A stretch of 58,026 nt of DNA, filler included, from Circinaria calcarea (lineage: Eukaryota): NCBI GenBank assembly GCA_051942165.1. It is 4 parts of 4 records of this genome, joined end to end, with 100 filler letters (N's around TTAATTAATTAA, not from the genome) between each part and the next. Parts side by side here need not be neighbours in the genome. Positions count along the whole stretch, not along the records: positions 43,624 to 58,026 come from JAVECS010000433.1; 3 more parts are not named here. One strand, 5' to 3'. Shown piece by piece: positions 49,076 to 58,026 of the stretch (position 1 is the first letter of the stretch; every line of letters begins with the position of its first letter). The position numbers were made by a program, and so were the translations under genes. The notes beneath the pieces were generated by a model, which was given only the letters and a program-made list of their open reading frames with translations, made no database searches and was not told the origin of the DNA.

Positions 49076-50580
49076 CCGGCCCAGGATCCTCTGATTTGTA
49101 AGCCAACTCACAGATGGACGACGGAAGAACGGACGGTACTCTGCACCCTCCAGAGGTGGTTTTCGTCTTCCGAGGAGGGTAACAGTCGAGTAACCACTCT
49201 TCAGGCTATACGCAAGATGTTCGTGATGAACATGCAATATATATGGTGGCATTTGCTATGTACGAGTGTGTGTAACTTTCTAAGCTATCTACGCAACGAA
49301 AAAGTGCTTTTATGATATGTGTAGAAAGTGTTGAGCATGGACCTCCGGTACAACACATGCCTCGGTAAGCCCTATGACTTCCAACAGTTGGTCCTCTACT
49401 TTGCTAATAGTTCTGTTAAGTCGAGAAGCACTAAGGCTGAGCTTAGTAATGGCGGTTGCCTCACAACTTACTGAAATTTTGCAAGGACTAGGAACTCTGG
49501 CTTGGAGAAATGTGTAGATTGGCACCAACTTTATCGATAGTGAAAATGACTGGGCCAATATGTGAACTAAGCTAATGACAACAGCTCGTGGGAATCATAT
49601 TGGCTTGATTGATAAAGTCTTTGAGAATAAAGAGCAAGTCGAGGCAAGGCTAGGCATATGGATTAAGCGGAAGAAGAGAAAGAGATGGAATTATAAGACA
49701 GGTGTCCTAGGCAACGTAGTCGATTGTATAGATATTAATGAAGATAATGAAACGCCTATCTGGAACAGGCGTCGTACATGTACGCCGAAATTTCTGTCAA
49801 TTCCTCGAAAACGATATTATTAAAAAGAAATCGGTCTTCTTATATCATCCCACAAGTCCGGATAAATTACCCCTAAGCTATACAGGGATGTTATCAGAAG
49901 ACATATGACTCGGCGTTTAAGATATGAGATGATACGAGGTATTTGCAAAACCGAAGGACCTATCGAAATAGAACTACTCGTTTTTGACGTTTCATAGTCA
50001 TGGCATAAACAATGCCAAAGGTTTTAGTGCTAGGGCGTTCCCCTTCCGTCAGCCGATCCGTCGCCGCCGCTAGATTAAGTCTTTAAAGAAACTGCTATCA
50101 TTTATCTGACGCCACTCGAGAAGCTATCTTCTTTAATCTCTATGACAACGTCGCCATTACGACCCCTACATATGTTTAAAGTCTTTTTTTTATGGTAATA
50201 TTATCACTATCGATCTACAGTATCTTGCACTGCATCAATCATGCGCTTACCCTCGCCTGTATTACGCTGGCGATGTCATCCATCCATTCGGAGTTCGGGG
50301 AGTCAATTTAAAGATGGGTTAGAAGTACTACTTTCATAGAGCTCGTGAGGTGAGTAAATATAGCTCATAGCATATCAATATTGACTAGCGACAGTTCCTC
50401 TTCGGGGAACTTATCGAAATGGAGGCCATTAGCAGTTTTCTCGATATCCGATTTCTTGGAATACTCTAAAACACATCTTAAACTTCGGAGATTGCTGAGC
50501 TTGGATACTTTCCAAGAAGCGAAGACAGCAAATGAGTACACTAAAGGACTAAAGAGGATGGTTTTAAAGATGAACTAGGC
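49076..50580 (+). pseudogene. Degenerate remnant of a DUF7587-like fungal protein gene
   Basis: Fragments HRWTTEERTVLCTLQRWF (~49108), SHGINNAKGFSARAF (~49996) and LSSLISMTTSPLRPLH..IITIDL (~50125) occur in the order recalled for that family; many stops. Confidence 0.4.
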
Positions 50581-51879
50581 CACAGGTCATAATCTCGGTC
50601 ATTTCCTTACCTACGTCATCAAATTACCCCTTGCTCGCCTGAGATCTGGTTTTTACGCGATCTTTTAAATTTGAGGGTAACCAAAACCCGTAAACTAGCG
50701 TTTCTTACCGGCGTTGAGGTTGGGCATCATAATTACCTTCGCCAACTGTTTCCTATAGGAAATCTACCTGCTATTGCAGTGGTCATCGAACGTCCTCATA
50801 AGCCATAGAAGGAGGCAGAGAAAGACTTGGACGAGTTTTTCAAGAGCCGCGAGAGAATCAAAAATATGCTTGGACTCAACGGGCGTTAATCACCGCCTAG
50901 ACGATATATAGACTATCCAAGATGTGCACCAGGTTGTGCACTCGCTTCAGAAGTGTTCCCCTCTCTTTCCTCGATGGCCTACGAGCTCTACGATTTCTCA
51001 TAATGTATTCCTCGGTTCTACACGTTATTTCTCTCATTTCCAGAAAGCCGACAGTGAGTTCTATCTCACTACTACCAAGACTCTCCTACAGATTTACAGT
51101 CTCCATCTTTCCTCCGGAATCTCAGATCTAGACGGACACTCCATTCAGTACGCTTGTCAGTTACTGCGGGTAATTCCCGCCTTCTCATTCTCTTGTGCAG
51201 CCGACAGAAGATCTTCGATACGGTATATGGTCAGATGCCTGCAAATGTACGGCACGTTGGACCAGATTAGGAATATCAGACGCCGGGTTCGAAATCTAAG
51301 TTATACGTCCTTTCCCTTTTCAAGATGAAAAGACTGCATATAGAAAATCCTTCACGTGCACACTTCATCCTCTGTATTCTCTCCCTATTCCCATCTCGTT
51401 CTTCTTCTCCTTTTAGATAGCTGGACGGCCATGAAATGCAAGAGGATAATTTCCGTTGGGTAATTAAAATCAACAAGGCTACTTACTGTGCTTTCTATGT
51501 GACACTGATGCGGTGAGCCCCTAATTGGTAATCCTACTATTCGGACGTAGTTGATATCCTATGTTCTAAGGCGGTATGAGGGTACGTTTATAGAGTGTAG
51601 GTTATAGCATATATGCATTGAGATAGACACCAACCCAGATCCCTGGGAAGTGTATGAATATCAGATAGGCGCTAATCACAGTACGGACATACTTACATGA
51701 ACTCGGGGCGCTGCTGGCTTGGATGCAGTACATCTTAATCTCGAATCGCCTTGCAGGCAGGCAAGTATCTTATAGGATACAGGGATCTACAGACTCTCAC
51801 TCCTCCATTATATCTACATCCACCTCCTCGCTCCTCGACCCCTCTTCCCGTAGCCCTCCTTGCGATGCGGGTGCTTAGG

Positions 51880-53370
51880 GGCTTTAGGGGGCTTATTGAG
51901 GGAGTATCGCTCAGACTATTTTCGAAATCGCCATCGCTTTAGGCTGTTTTATCCTCGGGGATGAGGGTGGGAAGGTAGGTGGTCCCGCGCATTTTGTTGT
52001 TACCTTTCCGCAGAGTACGGAACTCGATTCCTTGGCCGAAGAGATCAGCGCATCGTTTCGCGGTTCTGCGGATAGTAGATTGGTTCCAGCCTGTCATGGA
52101 TGCGATACTTAAGATGTCGCCCCAGTCCCGGAGATCGAGCTCTCGTCCACGACGGCTCCGACTTTGTGTCCGTGAGGTGGATGAGATGGATGAGATGGAT
52201 TTGCGACGCTTTCTTAGCGGAGGCCGGGAGGAGGCGCAAACTTGGAGCTTGGTTGGAATTGACGGAGGTTTCTGAGTGTGGGGAGTCTTAAGATCGTCCT
52301 CTTTTGGTTTTACGCTTTTTACGCAGAGCCTCGGCCTTTTCCTACAATCGTGTCTCGTCGTCTGCATCGGTCTGAGTCTCACTCTAGCTCTCATCCACTG
52401 TAGGTAGGTATGGTTGGCGGGCATAGTGGAGGTTCATTAGTAACTTGTGGACCTTCAAGAGGATATGGCGGATGGTGGGTTTTAAGATTGAATTGGCTTT
52501 CTCATCGTCTGCTAGGACAACGGGTTTCGTGGCTTTTGACGCCCAGCGATGGGTGTCACCATCAGCATGCTTAGATTGGTGTCTAGATCTTAAATTTCGT
52601 ATCGTCCGGAGAAGCATCTGAATCTAAATCTTCATCTTCCGACTCCCGTTGAAGAAATCGTCCCTTAGCTTCTTTGAGGAATACAGTCGTCAGCGCATTA
52701 TTTAGATCCTGACCGGACCCTCTGTTGCTCTAAGCCCTGCCAAACATATTCGTCCTTGGTAAGTTTGTTAAATAAATTCAATTGATTTCTGGGTACCTCC
52801 GCGGCTGTCATTGGCCAAGCGGTCGACTGCTTTGGAGGTTCCCAAATGCCATATTCGAGCATGGAATTTTCATTGTCTTCCTTAGCCTTCAGCAACTTCT
52901 GTCTTCTTCAAGGCATGTGCGTTGTAGAGATGAATGCTTAGATCACCTGCCTTTACCTGATCCAGGCTATTTGCTATAGCCCTATCTGTCGCGGTCCAGC
53001 TTCGCCACATAGAAGGTGGACCGTGGAACTTGTTTGGACGTAACACTTCCAAGGAAGGAGATCTAGAAACTTATTCACCGGGTTCGATAAGTAGCTCTTC
53101 GCTGTCTTGAAAGCTGCTCTGAGAGTCACCTCCAGAGCTATGAGATTCTTTTTCTTCTCCAATGGGGATATCACCATTTTTGGGGGAAGCTACACTAGAG
53201 ACATCACTGGATGATAGCTCATCGACGTCTTCGGGCAAAGTGGTACTCCTGAGCTGAGCTCTGATTGTGGTGGCAAGTATGAGGGATCATGGATGTCGGA
53301 TGAGGACATCTTTGTTTACGTGAACATCGAAAACGTCGTGACGGGGGGTACGGTTCAAGAACATGGATTG
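51880..53370 (-). pseudogene. RRN9: Rrn9-domain protein (RNA polymerase I initiation factor-like), pseudogene
   Basis: RPNKFHGPPSMWRSWTATDRAIANSLDQVKAGDLSIHLYNAHALK, frameshift, WEPPKQSTAWPM, VLADDEKANSILKPTIRHIL, LRDWGDILSIASMTGW..AKRCADLFGQ, spread over different frames with stops. Ends approximate. Confidence 0.7.
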
Positions 53371-53758
53371 CATAGTCACTAAGCTGGAATATGTCTGCAT
53401 GGAGAAGTTGAAGTGACGCTTGCAGTGGTCTGGATATCCCTCGAAACCGTGAAGGAGATCGATATGCAAGATAGGTAACTCGAATTTCCCGAAATTAGAG
53501 CCATAGGACTAGATGTCATCACGTAAAAAAAGTCGCGACCCATCAAAGACGCGCTTCACGTCTTCCCTGGATTCCCCATATGTATAGATTATTGATCGGG
53601 AGTCCGCCCACCGTTCCCCAATGTCAATTGAGATTAACCTGCCCCGTTGATTTGTTTATGTCAATATACCTCGTGCTTCCGCAAAGCACGAATCATCCTC
53701 AGCTACACCACTACCTTCTCTCAAGAAATCGACTTCGGGTTCCCAGTCTGGGCAGAAC

Positions 53759-56700
53759 CAGAAATCCATTTTAGGGTTCTTTCAAAAGAAGGCCGTCGGC
53801 TCTTCTCAAATGAAGCCCAATAGTACACCGATACTCAATGGTTCCGGCGTCCCATCTAACGCAACCGAAAAGAAGATATTGGTGTAAAGAATTCCCAAAA
53901 CAGCTACTTGAAGTCTGATACCACTACCGAGTAGTGATGCATCGATGATAAGCTAGAGAATGAGGATGATGAGGTCGTGACTTCAAATCACAAGCCGAAA
54001 TTGAATGAGCTCCATTCCCTAATCACACCTGCAGCAGGTACTAGCACTAGTAACCCTACGTCCGTTAGCAATGGCTTGGCCTTTAACAGTCCTTCCCGAA
54101 AGGTATGTCCGCCTTACAGATGCTCGCATTATATAATATTTAACAAATTTCTTATCACAGGCAAAGAAGGTTGTTAACTACGTCGAATCCGGAGATGAAG
54201 AGGATGCGGATGAAGAAACATTCATGCCAACTCGTACCAGCAGCAGAAGCAAGGGCCGCCAGCTGAAACGTAGAAAAACAAAGGAAGCTAGCGAGGAGGA
54301 GGATATCTTCCAAGATAATAAAAATCATATGGAGGATCCTGAGTAATAATGCTGCCACATTACCTGGGACTTAGAAACTTGAGACAGTGCTAATCAAGAT
54401 CATTACATAGATGACTTTATTGTTCCTGACAATCCCGATGACAACGTTCCCTCTAAGAATAGAAAGAGAGGTACCGCCCACCCACAACGTAAGATCTCGA
54501 ATACTGCTATAGCACCTTCTGTGGATGACGATGTGGAAATACCAACTGTTGAATCTGCGAAACAATGGTCATACGACCCAGAAAACTCACAACCTCTTCA
54601 ACCTCGTCCCGTTAACGCAGCGACCAATGCTCCTAATCAAAAAGTTAAGAAATTCAAGGTCAAGCCACATGCCACAGAGCCAGAATAACGCTATGCCTAG
54701 CTGGCAAAGTTAACAGACGCAGACAGAAATCCTCCAGGTCATCCTGATTATGGTCCAAGGACAGTTTACATACCGCCAATGGCATGGGAGAAGTTCTCTG
54801 CTTTTGAGAAACAACACTGGGAAATCAAGCGGAAGTTTTGGGACACGATTGTGCTTTTCACAGGCAAGTTTTACGAACTCTACGAAAATAATGCTATAAT
54901 CGGTCATCAAAGGTTATAAGATGACCCGTGTGGATTAAAGGAGATCGCTCTAGGCAAAGAGATGCGCGAATGTCATGGCAAGCAACCTAAGAAGCCTGCC
55001 AAGGAGGAGAAGGTCATTCGCCGTGAATTAGCTTGTGTCTTAACATCGGGCACTCTGGTGGATGGGGGAATGCTACAGGATGATATGTCCCCATATTGCG
55101 TTTCTATCAAAGAATCCGTGATGGATGAGCTGTCAGCATTTGGTGTTGCCTTTGTGGATACCGCTACTAGGCAATTCTCCTTGGTTCAATTTATCGACGA
55201 TGTTGACTTGACTAAGTTCGAAAGTTTCGTGGCACAAATCCGACCGCAGGAATTATTGCTGGAGAAATCCAACCTGTCCGTCAAGGCAATGCGTATACTA
55301 AAGACCAACACCAGGCTTGCCACCATTTGGAATCATCTAAAGCCGGGCAAGGAGTACTGCCCTTGCAGTGAGATTGATGCAAGTGATTATTTGTCTCCGA
55401 CGACCGTGAAAATTCCGAAGTATAACCTCCAGTCCTCCCAGAAGCTAGAGGTAAGGAGCTTATTATGTCTGCGCTTGGTGTTCTTGTACAGTACCCAAGA
55501 TCTCTCAAGATTGAGCGGGAGCTACTCACGCTGGCTAACTTTACCTGGTACCATCCTATTCGAAAGGCAAGCGTGGATGCTGGCAGAATCAATGCTCGCC
55601 TGGACGCCATAAATTCTTTGAACGCCGACGTCACTGTCCGCGATCGATTCACGTCACAACTGACCAGAATGCCTGATTTGGAGTGACTAATTAGTTGGAC
55701 ACACGCTGGAAGCTGTAGAGCTCAGGGCTTTGTTCGTGTACTAGAGGACTCTGAGGAGATTGAATATACAATGAGTCTTCTTGGCGACTTCGGCACCGGT
55801 AATGGTGTGCTAGCACAATTAATATCGGCGATGCCTGACCTCGACGGTGCTTTACAGCACTGGACGATCGCTTTCGATCGCACAAAGGCAAAAGAGAACG
55901 GACTGCTTGTGCCGGAGCCTGGAGTGGAGGATGAATTCGATGCAAGCCAAGAAAAATTAAAACAGACATTGGTCGACCTGGAAAGCCTACTTAAAAAGGC
56001 GCGCAAAGACCTTGGTTCTACTGCCATAGTCTACAGAAACAGCGGAAAGGAAACATATCAACTTGAGGTGCCCATCAAGGTCAAAGGCGTCCTAAAGAGC
56101 TGGGATCAAATGTCGGCAACCCAGAAAGTCAAACGCTACTACGGCCCTGAGCTCCGAGGCCTAGTACGTAGTTTGCAAGAAGCACAGGAAACACATGGCC
56201 AGATAGTTAAGGAGATTGCTGGCCGCTTCTTTGCTCGATTCGATAACGATTACACCACTTAGCTAGCTGCAGTGAAGATAATCTCCTAGCTCAACTATTT
56301 AATCAGCCTTACTAAAGCATCATCTGCACTAGGTGAGCCATGTTGTTGACCAGTCTCTATCGATAACGAGCGAAGTATGTTTGAATTTGAAAAACTTCGC
56401 CATCCGTGCATGGTGCCCAACGGGATAGACTTTATTCCGAACGATATTTTGTTAGGGGATGAAATAACTAATATCAACATATTTACTGGTGCCGACGTGG
56501 CTAGAGAATCAGCTATACTCCGGATGGTAAATGATAAATTATCCTTCTAATTGGTATTGCTTTCTAATATTCTGTAAACTTATATAGCGGTGATCGTGGC
56601 TTAAATCGGCTGTTACGTTCCCTCCCGCACTGCTCGCCTTACCCCTATCGATCCAATCATGTCACATCTCGGAGCTGATGGTAACATATTCGCCGGTCAG

Positions 56701-57238
56701 TTCTACTTTCTTCGTCGAATTCTCCGAAACCGAGAAGATTCTTTCAGAAGCTACGCCCCGTTCACTTGTTATCCTAGACGAAGTAGGCAGGGGCACAAGC
56801 TCCTATGATGGTGTCGCTATAGCCCAAGCAGTCTTACATCATTTTGCTACTCATATAGGATGCATCGACTTCTTTGCAACCCACTATCACAGTCTGGCCG
56901 AAGAATTCTCTGGCCATCCGAAGCCAAGGACAAGCGCATGGCTATCCACGATGACGAGAACGAAAGGAGAGTTTACTTATCTCTACAAACTAGAGGACGA
57001 AGTTGCAGAAGGCAGTTTCGCTATGCACTGCGCCGCTATGTTTGGTATACCGAATAAAGTCATCGAGCGGGCGAAGGTGGCTCCCAAAGAGTGGGAGCGT
57101 ACCAGTCGGTTGAAAGAAAGCTTGGAGATGGCAAGAATGAGATGCTGGGTGCCACTTGGGGTACAAAGCGATGTTGCCTGGTTACTCCGCGAGGCTAATG
57201 AGGAAGTTACCATAGAGAAACGGGTTTGGCCGCACTAA
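53759..57238 (+). pseudogene. MSH6: MutS homolog 6 (MSH6), pseudogene
   Basis: PIP box QKSILGFF, PRTVYIPP..FEKQHWEIK..GKFYELYE, VIRRELACVLTSGTL, LVILDEVGRGTSSYDG, FATHYHSL. Stops at 54686, 54698, 55684, 56260, 56287, 56347 and 56602; internal deletions; degraded Walker A (TGADVARES); introns kept. Confidence 0.93.
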
Positions 57239-57399
57239 GGAAAGTGATCAGGCTCTTTGGACTGGGCAAAAGTGTTTTAGCCTCTAATATCATAGGCAGT
57301 CTACTATTATCTCCCGCTATTTGTGAGCTATATACTAGCATATAGCTCGGCCATTGTCCACTTAATTGCCTTTTGTACGGTGGCATGAATGGACCTTAC

Positions 57400-58026
57400 G
57401 GCAATAATAAATTTTTGAAATTTTTTTTGGAACTTTTATTTTCGGAAAATCTCTTTTCGACTTCGCGCACCCCAGCTTCTGTTATTTCTATTATAGTAAT
57501 TATCATAGCAGCAGCGACAGCGCATATAATTAGATAGCTATTTTGTGATGTATTTATACGAAAGTAAACTTATGCAATTTGCGCTGTAATTTGTTTATAA
57601 ATTTATAATAAATTGCGAAGCCTTATTTATAACATAAATAAAACGTATAATTATGGAAATTAAAGCTGTGGCATATTTATATATTAAAATAATAAAGTAA
57701 AAAATCGTTATTGGTCGGTAAGCGAATTGTATAATCACGTGAAGAACTTTAAAACAGCTGCCACCTACTATTTTATAATAATATAACTTTATGCGCCACC
57801 GACGAATTTTCGATATTAAAACGATATTTAATAAAGCTAAATGCAGTGATAAAATTATTATTTTAATTTCGAAATTTGGAGCATTATGTTACGTCCCTAA
57901 GCTTCTTAGGCAAAGGCAATGCTAGTCACTGGTATAAGGCAGGGGCTCTGTAATATGCGCACGGGTTCTATACCAATCACTTGGCAAGTAATAAGTGACA
58001 ATAGAAGTATATTGCTACACTTGTAA
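57400..58026. repeat. AT-rich degenerate repeat relic, likely RIP-mutated
   Basis: Sharp drop in GC with TpA richness and no ORFs near the end of the window. Confidence 0.5.

Noticed and set aside
50922..51476. 134-aa ORF and neighbours within the pseudogene cluster
   Set aside because: No recognisable similarity; may be the shadow of another decayed gene but cannot be supported
53530..53560. TCGCGA/ACGCG (MCB-like) motifs between RRN9 and MSH6
   Set aside because: Imperfect matches, too short to distinguish from chance
1..58026. tRNA, rRNA, CRISPR array, transposase or Starship captain gene
   Set aside because: None recognised by eye

Overview
Filamentous ascomycete (Pezizomycotina) nuclear DNA with short GT-AG introns and CTRAC/CTAAY branch points. 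The window is four unlinked contigs (1-14442, 14543-28983, 29084-43523, 43624-58026; lengths 14442, 14441, 14440 and at least 14403) joined by artificial 100-nt N44-TTAATTAATTAA-N44 spacers, apparently in order of size, so adjacency across gaps means nothing. Contig 1: conserved membrane protein, a free-standing His-Cys box (I-PpoI-like) endonuclease-domain gene and two hypothetical proteins. Contig 2: ordinary intact genes (Tcp11/IQ protein, secreted Ser/Thr-rich protein, HeLo/STAND-N-like multi-exon gene, NOSIP-like RING protein, partial AA7/BBE-like oxidase). Contig 3: outward-pointing core genes POP5 and BUB3 bracket a ~13.4 kb decaying accessory island. It holds an O-methyltransferase pseudogene, a DHA14 MFS transporter, a GNAT/amino-acid-permease deletion fusion, an intronless bacterial-type Doc (Fic family) gene converging on a small ORF with a mitochondrial-type presequence, and a 709-bp TIR element. 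Contig 4: one apparently intact hypothetical gene followed by intron-retaining pseudogenes, mostly of normally single-copy housekeeping genes (FAB1, LSm/Mak31-like, DUF7587-like, RRN9-like, MSH6), ending in an AT-rich repeat relic. All family calls come from motif recognition by eye; no searches were run.
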